Assembly: GCF_947489755.1 (NCBI RefSeq)
Contig: NZ_CANLFB010000044.1
Span: 1-24,000, forward strand
Length of the DNA: 24,000 nt
Direction of reading: 5' to 3'
Source of the DNA: an uncultured Psychromonas sp.
Lineage (GTDB): Bacteria > Pseudomonadota > Gammaproteobacteria > Enterobacterales > Psychromonadaceae
Notes under the pieces: model-generated
Told to the model about the DNA's origin: nothing
The model's database searches: none
The model's input: the letters and a program-made list of their open reading frames with translations, nothing else
Position numbers and translations under genes: made by a program
Shown: in pieces, positions 1-7,558 of the stretch
How positions within the stretch are numbered: the first letter of the stretch is position 1
How the letters are laid out: each line of letters begins with the position of its first letter

Positions 1-73
1 GGATATCGCCAAGCGGTAAGGCACCGGGTTTTGATCTCGGCATTCAGAGGTTCAAATCCTCTTATCCCAGCCA
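1..73 (+). tRNA. tRNA-Gln (anticodon UUG), 5' end truncated by the window edge
   Basis: Identical to the full copy at 132-206 except for the missing first two nt. Anticodon arm is ccggg/ttttgat/ctcgg with TTG at the anticodon position, T-arm is gaggttcaaatcctc, and it ends in CCA. Confidence 0.85.
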
Positions 74-131
74 CATTCTCTAATGCGTTTTTAACGAATT
101 AGAATCCTTGAAGAAGGTTAAACTTAACAAC

Positions 132-206
132 TGGGATATCGCCAAGCGGTAAGGCACCGGGTTTTGATCTCGGCATTCAGAGGTTCAAATCCTCTTATCC
201 CAGCCA
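132..206 (+). tRNA. tRNA-Gln (anticodon UUG)
   Basis: 75-nt cloverleaf. Acceptor tgggata pairs with tatccca, with an encoded CCA end. D-loop is agcggtaag, the anticodon loop ttttgat carries TTG, and the T-loop is ttcaaat. It closely resembles enterobacterial tRNA-Gln as I remember it. Confidence 0.9.
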
Positions 207-212
207 CATTAT

Positions 213-297
213 GCGGAAGTGGCGGAATTGGTAGACGCGCTAGATTTAGGTTCTAGTATCGTAAGATGTGAGAGTTCAAGTCTCTCTTTCCGCACCA
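213..297 (+). tRNA. tRNA-Leu (anticodon UAG), type II with long variable arm
   Basis: Acceptor gcggaag pairs with tttccgc. D-region is ggaattggtagac and the anticodon arm is ctaga/tttaggt/tctag (TAG). The variable arm is atc-gtaa-gat, the T-arm is gagag-ttcaagt-ctctc, followed by A73 and CCA. Confidence 0.9.
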
Positions 298-323
298 TGA
301 TTTGGCCACACGCTAAAATAATG

Positions 324-349
324 AAACCAGCTTATAGCTGGTTTTTTTA
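324..349 (+). terminator. Rho-independent terminator of the tRNA operon
   Basis: Hairpin aaaccagc-ttat-gctggttt followed by a T-run, about 27 nt after the tRNA-Leu CCA end. Confidence 0.7.
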
Positions 350-390
350 TATCTAAAATTTGAGCTTTTATAAAGATTAAAAGATTAAAA

Positions 391-480
391 ACTAATGGAA
401 TTGGTAGACGCGCTAGCATTAGGTTCAGCTATTCTAAGTAAGCGTAAGAGGTGAGAGTTCAAGTCTCTCTTTCCGCACCC
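391..480 (+). pseudogene. tRNA-Leu-derived pseudo-tRNA unit 2, with its own trailer and terminator copy at about 504-528
   Basis: It keeps ggaattggtagacgcgc, the T-arm and the 3' acceptor ttccgcac. The 5' acceptor strand is replaced by aaaacta, which cannot pair, and the anticodon loop carries an 8-nt insertion (ttaggt-tcagctat-tctaag). Confidence 0.6.
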
Positions 481-554
481 TATTTGGCCACACGCTAAAA
501 TAACGAAACCAGCTTATAGCTGTTTTTTTATATCTAAAATTTGAGTTAAATAAA

Positions 555-681
555 CACCTCAAGTTATCTTATCCCAGTCACATTATTCAAAAGTAACGGA
601 ATTGGTAGACGCGCTAGAGTTAGGTTCAGCTATTCTAAGTAAGCGTAAGAGGTGAGAGTTCAAGTCCCTCTTTCCGCACCA
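555..681 (+). pseudogene. tRNA-Gln 3' remnant (555-585) plus tRNA-Leu-derived pseudo-tRNA unit 3 (about 586-681), with a terminator copy at about 708-731
   Basis: cctc..ttatcccagtcacatta mirrors the 3' end of tRNA-Gln plus the Gln-Leu spacer. The Leu-like part shares the anticodon-loop insertion of units 2 and 4. Its 5' acceptor tcaaaag cannot pair with ttccgc. Confidence 0.6.
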
Positions 682-762
682 TGATTTGGCCACACGCTAA
701 AATAATGAAACCAGCTTATAGCTGGTTTTTTATATCTAAGATTTGAGTCTGAGAAGATTAAA

Positions 763-853
763 AGCTAGTGGAATTGGTAGACGCACTAGAATTAGGTTCA
801 GCTATTCTAAATCAGCGCAAGAGGTGAAAGCTCAAGTCTCTCTTTTCGCACCC
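763..853 (+). pseudogene. tRNA-Leu-derived pseudo-tRNA unit 4 (most diverged, no terminator copy)
   Basis: It has ggaattggtagacgcac, the same ttaggttcagctattctaa insertion, and a degraded T-arm (gaaagctcaagtctctc). The trailer tatttggtcacatgctaaaataa is present but the hairpin is lost. Confidence 0.5.
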
Positions 854-904
854 TATTTGGTCACATGCTAAAATAACTAAATTATTTCAAATTCGTTATT
901 AGTC

Positions 905-1095
905 AGATTTTGATCTAACCTTTTCTACACTTCGCGGTTAAATCACTTTGACTTTAAAAACGGTAACCAACCACGAAGCCGCTACGCTACACAAAGGACA
1001 CGAAGAAAACCCCAAAAGATTGAATAATCATGATGCTTTTGACCTAACCTTCTTTACCCTTCGAGCCTTGGTGGATAACTCGATTTTGATTAGTT
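905..1095 (+). repeat. About 1.5 units of the roughly 135-bp intergenic repeat family also found at 16550-16918
   Basis: Shared blocks are ttgacctaaccttctttacccttcg, ggttaaatc.ctttgactttaaaaa, aaccacgaagc.gctacgctaca and aaggacacgaagaaaa. It ends about 14 nt from the trxC stop codon. Confidence 0.75.
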
Positions 1096-1108
1096 TTATT
1101 AATTATAA

Positions 1109-1540
1109 TTACTTTAATAAAGCTTGTGCTAGCCATGACTTGAACTGTGCAGCAGGCAAGGCGCCATTCAATGTATCAACTACCTTACCGTGCTTAAACA
1201 CCATCAAGGTCGGGATACTACGAATATTATATTGTGCACCTAATTGCTGTTGATCTTCTGTATCCACTTTCACAAAGCGAGATGTGGTTTGTTGCGTTGC
1301 CACCTCTGTAAACGTTGGGGCAAAGTTAATACAAGGGCCACACCACGGTGCCCAAAAATCAACAACGACAGGTTTATCACCGTTAATTAACGCAGATAAA
1401 TTATTAGTGGTACCTTCAATTGGCGCACCCTGTAATAAGTCTTTTTTACAACGCCCACAACTTGGGTTAGCTTCCATGCGTTCAATAGGTAAGCGGTTCA
1501 TCGAGTGACAATGCGGGCATCTAGAAGTAATAGTCGTCAT
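1109..1540 (-). CDS. trxC: Thioredoxin 2 (TrxC-type, with N-terminal zinc-binding domain)
   Basis: The N-terminus has CPHC...CGRC, two CxxC pairs. These are followed by a thioredoxin fold with the WCGPC active site. Length is 143 aa. Confidence 0.9.
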   Translation of the reverse strand: MTTITSRCPHCHSMNRLPIERMEANPSCGRCKKDLLQGAPIEGTTNNLSALINGDKPVVVDFWAPWCGPCINFAPTFTEVATQQTTSRFVKVDTEDQQQLGAQYNIRSIPTLMVFKHGKVVDTLNGALPAAQFKSWLAQALLK

Positions 1541-1917
1541 AGTTATATTCTCTTTAAGTCTGATAATTCATTTTTTAATCATTCATTGTTGAATGTTGAT
1601 TATGTCATTTCAATTATTATTGTCTGTCGTCACTAGTTAGTTTAAACAAGTCTACTCAAAATAAATACCGCATTAAACAAGCGATGATAAATAGTGCACA
1701 CCTTTGTCAATTTTGGTTTTAACAGCCACGTATTTCATAAATAATTACCTACATTATTTTTTATGAAAAATACAAGGCCAACACCTATTCATAACGTATT
1801 GATGCGGTTAATACGGTACGGTTCACTCTATTTACATGATTAAGTTTTTATTAATGATGTTAACTAATTGATTTGTTGCCGAAGTGGCGTATTGTTCATC
1901 AAATTTAAATAAATGAG

Positions 1918-2532
1918 ATGATTCTGTATAAAAGACTGAAATACGAAATGAATCTACTTAATTACGCTGTTAGACCTATACCTGGAGATTCTGAATTCGT
2001 GAATTCTGAAAAAGAAGAGTTATACCAAAGCACTTTTGATTTCTACTTCAAAATTTTAGAATCGGAAGGTGATCGTGGTGCTGTACTTACCGCTAGTGCA
2101 TTTATTGAGCACGAGCTTTCAAAAATAATGCGACAACGCTTCCCACAACAAGAAGAAAGCGATAAAGATCACATCTTTGGTTCTCATGGTGTATTAAGTG
2201 GTTTTGATTCTAAATTGAAATTTGCTTATAGGTTTCATATTTTAACTAAAGAAGAAATATCCTTTTTTGATGGTTTTAGAAAAAACATTAGAAATCCTTT
2301 TGCCCATAACTTCACCGTAATGAATTTAGCTAGTCTTAGAGATAAATTTATCGGAGTACTACAGTCATTATCACCTATTAATAGTGAGGTAAAAAGCTTA
2401 ATCTCTAAGAAGGGAATGCAGTTTAACGAAACACCGACTAGATATTTATTTAATATTACAATGGCGCTTATTATGACTGATTTATCATTTTTTGAGATGA
2501 CACCTAAATTTTTTAAAGTACAAATTAAATAG
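1918..2532 (+). CDS. Hypothetical protein with MtlR/DUF4145-like helical domain (RNxFAH motif)
   Basis: The pattern ESEGDRGAVLTASAFIEHEL ... GVLSGFDSKLKFAYRFHILTKEE..F..FRKNIRNPFAH matches the mannitol-repressor-like/DUF4145 pattern as I remember it. The region is AT-rich. The start is uncertain because an alternative ATG lies at 1948. Confidence 0.5.
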   Translation: MILYKRLKYEMNLLNYAVRPIPGDSEFVNSEKEELYQSTFDFYFKILESEGDRGAVLTASAFIEHELSKIMRQRFPQQEESDKDHIFGSHGVLSGFDSKLKFAYRFHILTKEEISFFDGFRKNIRNPFAHNFTVMNLASLRDKFIGVLQSLSPINSEVKSLISKKGMQFNETPTRYLFNITMALIMTDLSFFEMTPKFFKVQIK

Positions 2533-2672
2533 TTTAAATAGCTAGGGGTACAAGGCGCTCAAATCAGAAAAACTAAAGTCGGACATAGCTTCGTGATTAT
2601 AACCACAACTGTAGTTTCCTGCTTGGCTTTAAGCATCAGCGTGATCATCAGTTATTACAACTAGGGTTTAAT

Positions 2673-3497
2673 ATGGATTTTTTAAAAGGTACAAAAGATT
2701 TTGTAAGAAACCCACTTGGTATTATTGCACTCTTTATATCCCTTATATATGGATTTGCGAGTCTTCTTCTCGACTCATCAGCTGAAAAATTAACAGTTGC
2801 AGAACGCTGGCCGTTAATATTGTTTATTGTTTTTTTTCCTATCTTTGTCTTAATTACTTTCTATAAACTAGTTACTAAGCATCATGGTAAACTTTACGCT
2901 CCTGCTGACTTTAAAGATGATAAATCTTTCCTCAGGACTCTTTCTCCTGAAGAACAAGAAGAAAAATTAGAAAATGAAGTCAATGAATCTTTAGGTACGC
3001 AAGAAGATCTAACTTTAGAAGAAAATATCAATGTGGTTAAAAACATCAAAGACTTGGAAAAGGAAAATAGAGAAAGAGAAGAGCGTAAAAAGACATATTT
3101 AGAATTTCGTGAAGAGCTAAAAAATATTGAATCTTCAGTCATTAAATCTATTGCTTCAGAGTTTAAAATCAATGCTGAAGTTAATGTAGGAATTGGAGAA
3201 ACTGAGGTTAAATTTGATGCTTTCTTGCCAAATAATTCTGAAAAGCTAACTTTTTTAGAAGTCAAAGCATTTAGAAGTTCGCACACTTCAATGATGATAT
3301 TAGATAGAATCCTTTATCAATCGCTCATTGCGGATCGTTTTTTTAGTTCTAAGTTTAAACTGATTCTTGCTGTAGTTTATTTCTTCGATGAAAAAGAATT
3401 ATCTAGGTTTGAGAATGTATGGAGACGAAAAATTGATAAATCTCCTGTCGATATTGAGTTAAGATTTTTACACATTAGCCAAGTTAAAAATACCTAA
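2673..3497 (+). CDS. Hypothetical membrane protein: 2 N-terminal TM helices, an E/K-rich coiled-coil linker, and a C-terminal PD-(D/E)xK-like domain
   Basis: TM segments are LGIIALFISLIYGFASLLL and WPLILFIVFFPIFVLITFYKLV. Residues about 90-150 form a charged heptad-like stretch. The C-terminal region has E153 (IESSV), D182 (KFDAF) and E196-x-K198 (FLEVK), spaced like restriction-endonuclease-fold cores. Confidence 0.45.
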   Translation: MDFLKGTKDFVRNPLGIIALFISLIYGFASLLLDSSAEKLTVAERWPLILFIVFFPIFVLITFYKLVTKHHGKLYAPADFKDDKSFLRTLSPEEQEEKLENEVNESLGTQEDLTLEENINVVKNIKDLEKENREREERKKTYLEFREELKNIESSVIKSIASEFKINAEVNVGIGETEVKFDAFLPNNSEKLTFLEVKAFRSSHTSMMILDRILYQSLIADRFFSSKFKLILAVVYFFDEKELSRFENVWRRKIDKSPVDIELRFLHISQVKNT

Positions 3498-3932
3498 TTG
3501 GCAGCCAGAGGAGTCTAACCTACAGACTTACACCATCGTGCATGCGACTCCGAATGGGCAGTTCATCTGATGATGAATAGTAAATATTAATCCACAAATC
3601 CTTTAATGGCATCAAACATCGTCTAGCCAAAAATCTATTACTGACCACTCTATTGAACCCTTTAGTTTTCAAACTACGATAAGCCCCTTTACTTGTACTT
3701 TTTCGACAACTCACTGGCACAGGAAAGAGCTAAACGCTCACTGACGCTAATTCCGCACTTGTTCATCCGTTCGCCCTCTTTATTCATGACGAAAGCTAGC
3801 AGCTTTCTCTGGCCCATCCCTCGTGAAGAAGACCTTGCCATTGGCGAATAGTTAGCGTTTAATCATCTAATTAATTGCACGGTGATCTTACAACAGAGGC
3901 TTTCACCTCTTGAGGTCACGCTGGGAGTGCAC
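3498..3932 (-). mobile_element. Degenerate, ORF-deleted group II intron relic (copy 1)
   Basis: The minus-strand 5' end reads gtgcactcccagcgtgacc...cctctgttgtaagatcacc. This resembles the GUGYG start and early domain I of bacterial group II introns as I remember them. It contains tight hairpins such as gaaagct-gct-agctttc. ORF 3520-3720 ends in ...SNRFLARRCLMPLKDLWINIYYS, which resembles the C-terminus of an intron maturase. I could not fold a convincing domain V. Confidence 0.45.
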
Positions 3933-4129
3933 AAGTGGACACATAAAACGTTATGATTGTTTTTTGTAGGCGTTGAATATGGAGAATAACTCGATTTTAT
4001 AAATGACTGGAAAATCATAATTTATTGTTTCAAAAAAATAAAAGTTCGAGAAAGTATGTCTTTCTGAAAAAGACAAATTCTACAGCCTCTTTATGTTCTA
4101 CAAAACTAAGTTTCAAAGGTGAATGAGTT

Positions 4130-4762
4130 ATGAATGATACTTACCAATTTGTTTTAATCGCTTTATTTTTAGTGATCTCTCCTGGGGCCAATATGATTCT
4201 CGTACTAAAAACAGTTAGTACTCAGGGGCAATATGCGGGGTTATTAAATGTTAGCGGATTCGTCTTAGGCGCTTTCATTCATGGCACTTTATCTATACTT
4301 GGCTTGTCTGCAATAATAGTTCAGTCTGCTGAATTATTTCTTCTCGTCAAAATTATTGGTTCTATTTATCTACTTTATCTAGGGATTAAAACAATTTATC
4401 AATCTTTTAAGGTGACCAGTCCACAATCAAGCATTGTCACTTCCAAAACTAAGGTGAGAATGAATTCATTGAAAAGTTTTCGGGAAGGTTTCTTGACTCA
4501 AATGCTCAACCCTAAGGGCTCAATGTTTTATTTGTCTGTGTTTCCACAATTTATAGATTTTCAATCACATGCTTACTTGGCAGCATTTTCATTAGTATCT
4601 ATTCATGCCGGATTAATGGTGCTTTGGTTTGGTTCTGCTTGTATTGTTGCTTCCAGAATTAAGCTATTAGGTGGTAGAGGTCAAGTTGGACGCTGGGTTC
4701 AACGTTTCTGCGGGAGTATATTATTAGCTCTTAGTGTGTTGCTGTTAAAGCAAAAAGTATAA
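4130..4762 (+). CDS. LysE/RhtB-family amino-acid exporter
   Basis: 210 aa with about 6 TM segments. The N-terminus FLVISPGANMILVL and the internal NPKGSMFYLSVFPQF are typical of the LysE/RhtB translocator family. Confidence 0.8.
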   Translation: MNDTYQFVLIALFLVISPGANMILVLKTVSTQGQYAGLLNVSGFVLGAFIHGTLSILGLSAIIVQSAELFLLVKIIGSIYLLYLGIKTIYQSFKVTSPQSSIVTSKTKVRMNSLKSFREGFLTQMLNPKGSMFYLSVFPQFIDFQSHAYLAAFSLVSIHAGLMVLWFGSACIVASRIKLLGGRGQVGRWVQRFCGSILLALSVLLLKQKV

Positions 4763-4769
4763 AATATTG

Positions 4770-5110
4770 CAGTGACACGGGCATAATCGGGTAGCCAGAG
4801 GTAAACCCAGCTACCGCACCACTCTGCATGAGGCTTTCCATTATGAATTTCATCTTATACTGAATAGTGAATGTGGATCCACAGATCCTTTAATGACATC
4901 AATCCTTGCACAGCCAAAAATCATTATTGTCCCCTATATTAATCCCTTTAGTTTTCGAACTGCGTGAAGCCCTTTACTGTACTTTTTCGACAACTCACTG
5001 GCACAGGAAAGAGCTAAACACTCAAGAAAAAAAGTTAGCTCAGTAATCTCACTTTCAGCCGTGATTTCGCCATTGTCGCCGCACTTGTTGATAATAAAGG
5101 TATTCATAAT
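4770..5110 (-). mobile_element. Degenerate group II intron relic (copy 2, 3' portion)
   Basis: The core 4862-5024 aligns with 3575-3740 of copy 1 in the same orientation. One minus-strand frame reads FLAVQGLMSLKDLWIHIHYS, matching copy 1 at the amino-acid level although the reading frame is broken upstream. Both copies share the 3' block cctctggct.cc. Confidence 0.4.
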
Positions 5111-5470
5111 CGACCAAGAACTTTAGCGGTATCTCTAAAATAAGGGTTGAGTTATCGGCATGGCTAAAAACCACGCTAAGATGAATGATAGTTATATTGA
5201 CGAAGTATTGATTGAAAAGTGGTTATAGCAGGCGGAATAACCTAAATAGCAAACAATTAATCAGCGAGTAAACCCGCCAGTACAAAATAAATTCAATGGT
5301 AAAATTTAACCACCTTTTTAATCATCTTCACTTTGAAGCGAATTGACACAATTTGTCTCACGTCATTAATATGATAGTAATCAATACACCTTCTTATGAT
5401 TTTTTCAAGTGTCTGATTACTATTAGGTAAACGTTGATGCGCAGCAAAGCCTTACATTACATTTTTACAA

Positions 5471-5926
5471 TTAGACCGAGCTTAACAATATGCTCGTCTC
5501 ACTATTAAGTACGCCGTCTATCGTTCTAACATCTCTGAGCACGTGATCAAATGATGATAAATTTGATGCTCTAATTTCTGCTACTAAATCCCAGGCACCA
5601 TTAGTCGTATGAAGTTTATGAAGCTGTGGAATGCCACGTAGCTTATTAATAACTTGTGTGGTCGATTTACCAACAACTTCTATTAACATAATTGCTTTAA
5701 CGATATCTTTTTCTAATTCATCATGAGCCCTAACGGTAAAACCTAAAATAGCCCCTGAACTAATTAATCTATCCAATCTATTTTGCACTGTACCTCGGGA
5801 CACGTGTAATAATTTTGCTATTTTTGACACCGATGCTCGAGCGTCAGTACGCAATATCGCGATGAGTTCTTTATCCACTGAATCATAAAGATAAACATGT
5901 TTCTTTACATTATGTTCTATTTCCAT
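5471..5926 (-). CDS. Lrp/AsnC-family transcriptional regulator
   Basis: 151 aa. It has an N-terminal HTH (LDSVDKELIAILRTDARASVSKIAKLLHVSRGTVQNRLDRL) and a C-terminal RAM/AsnC_trans_reg-like domain. It is divergent from the ocd gene. Confidence 0.85.
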   Translation of the reverse strand: MEIEHNVKKHVYLYDSVDKELIAILRTDARASVSKIAKLLHVSRGTVQNRLDRLISSGAILGFTVRAHDELEKDIVKAIMLIEVVGKSTTQVINKLRGIPQLHKLHTTNGAWDLVAEIRASNLSSFDHVLRDVRTIDGVLNSETSILLSSV

Positions 5927-6097
5927 TTATTCACCTTTGTCATTTATAACTTGTAACTTGTCATTTATTACATTCACACCTATCAATATGTCAAAAATGC
6001 ATTCAATTATTACAAACTATTGTCATTTTAGTTAACAGGACAACAATATAGTCTATGTATTAGTAAATACATACTCTAATTACATAAGGTGACAACC

Positions 6098-7138
6098 ATG
6101 GATAATGCTATCAATCAATCAGTCTCAAATGTTTCATTCATCAGTGTTAACGATATGATTCAACTTTTAAAACGAGTCGGGATTGAAAATTTTATTTCTG
6201 AACTCGTTGAATACTTGGAACAAGATTATTTAAATTGGGCCTCTTTTGATAAATCACCTCGCTTTGCCGCTCACTCCCCTGAAGGTGTGATTGAGCTAAT
6301 GCCAATTGGTGGTGATGAAAAATTTAGCTTCAAGTATGTAAATGGTCACCCCAAAAATACTCAATCAGGCTTGCAAACAGTCACTGCATTTGGCGTATTG
6401 TCAGACGTTGCAACAGGTTACCCATTATTATTATCTGAAATGACGATTCTCACTGCATTAAGAACAGCCGCAACGTCAGTGATGATGGCAAAGTATTTAG
6501 CCCCTAAAAACGCGACCACCATGGCGATGATTGGATGTGGTGCACAGTCTGAATTTCAAATCACCGCCTTTAGCAAAGTGCTTGGGATCAAAACCATTCG
6601 TTTATACGATATCAACCCTCAAGCAATTCAAAAATGTACAGAAAATATGATGAATAAAGGCTTAACACTCATTACATGCGACTCTGCGCAGGAAGCAGTA
6701 AAAGGTGCGGATATCATTACGACATGCACAGCAGATAAGAAAAATGCCACTATTTTAACAAATAGCATGATCACTGATAGTGTCCATATCAATGCTATTG
6801 GCGGTGATTGTCCAGGCAAAACAGAACTTGAGATCCAACTATTATCTCGCGCTGATGTTTTCATTGAATATGAACCACAAACCAGAATCGAAGGAGACAT
6901 CCAACAACTTCCAAGCGATTCACCCATTACTGAAATGTATCGCGTTATCAACGGTGAGCTTCCAGGAAGAACATCTCCGCAACAATTAACCATTTTTGAC
7001 GGGGTTGGTTTCGCTATTGAAGATTATTCAGCATTAAGATATGTCTATGACTTGGTCAATAAGCATGGCAATTGTCAACAATTAGGCCTGTTAGTTAACC
7101 CAGATGATCCACGTAATTTATTTGGATTAACAGCTTAA
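6098..7138 (+). CDS. ocd: Ornithine cyclodeaminase (ornithine to proline plus ammonia)
   Basis: It aligns along its whole length with Pseudomonas-type OCD as I remember it. Shared blocks include FDKSPRFAAHSPEGVIELMP, FKYVNGHP.NT, LTALRTAATS, NAIGGDCPGKTEL and FIEYEPQTRIEGDIQQLP. I prefer the ATG at 6098, preceded by aaggtg, over the GTG at 6089. Confidence 0.9.
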   Translation: MDNAINQSVSNVSFISVNDMIQLLKRVGIENFISELVEYLEQDYLNWASFDKSPRFAAHSPEGVIELMPIGGDEKFSFKYVNGHPKNTQSGLQTVTAFGVLSDVATGYPLLLSEMTILTALRTAATSVMMAKYLAPKNATTMAMIGCGAQSEFQITAFSKVLGIKTIRLYDINPQAIQKCTENMMNKGLTLITCDSAQEAVKGADIITTCTADKKNATILTNSMITDSVHINAIGGDCPGKTELEIQLLSRADVFIEYEPQTRIEGDIQQLPSDSPITEMYRVINGELPGRTSPQQLTIFDGVGFAIEDYSALRYVYDLVNKHGNCQQLGLLVNPDDPRNLFGLTA

Positions 7139-7558
7139 TTTATCCTGATGACCCTTATGGTATTAAATGGTGGATTTACGTTTAATGCAGCAAAAAGAGT
7201 TGCCTTATTGAGGATATTTCTAACTTTCTGTATTAGTTTTTCGCTTAAATGCGTTTTGAATAAGCGGGACTAATGCACTTAGTTAGTAATGTACCTAGTT
7301 AGTTTAATGAATGCAGCACCATTAAGCGTGAATAACTATCTGGGTAACGCTTTTATCCACTATTGATACTTTGGCTTTACTGAGATGGGTTAACAACGCT
7401 CTAAATACGCTACGTTCATTTGGGCATAAAAAAACAATGAGTTGCACAATCAACTTAAGCATAACGGGTTGTCGTGTCATCGGGTTAATTAATACATTTT
7501 TCAATCATTAACATATTTATTCATCAATTACCTTTGCATTAAACACTGGAAAAATATT

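Noticed and set aside
948-1253. 101-aa plus-strand ORF
   Set aside because: It lies over the intergenic repeat (905-1095) and then runs antisense through the 3' part of trxC. It has no SD and no recognisable motifs, so it is most likely an artefact of the repeat sequence.
1284-1508. 74-aa plus-strand ORF
   Set aside because: It is entirely antisense to the well-supported trxC CDS.
2894-3286. 130-aa minus-strand ORF
   Set aside because: It is antisense to the E/K-rich coiled-coil region of the 2673-3497 ORF. Its low-complexity S/L-rich translation is typical of the mirror frame of GAA/AAA-rich coding sequence.
3498-3580. Search for group II intron domain V (34-nt hairpin with AGC triad and GNRA loop) in both relic copies
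   Set aside because: I could not fold a convincing domain V by eye in either copy. The intron call is therefore labelled degenerate and given only moderate confidence.
3520-3720. 66-aa minus-strand ORF considered as a small gene
   Set aside because: I interpret it as the residual C-terminal maturase-like reading frame of a decayed group II intron. The paralogous copy at 4862-5024 has the same peptide broken by frameshifts and stops.
3751-3768. ttccgcacttg in the intron relics considered as an att-like direct repeat of the tRNA-Leu 3' end (ttccgcacca)
   Set aside because: Only about 8 nt are shared. The motif also occurs in the paralogous relic copy, so it belongs to the repeat rather than to an integration junction.
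6628-6993. ORFs 6628-6993 (minus strand) and 6780-6989 (plus strand)
   Set aside because: Both are nested in or antisense to the full-length, strongly supported ornithine cyclodeaminase CDS.
7322-7504. 60-aa minus-strand ORF in the ocd-ctlX spacer
   Set aside because: It has no SD or recognisable motif, its composition is like the surrounding non-coding DNA, and it points against both flanking genes. The spacer itself is noted under the ocd/ctlX finding.
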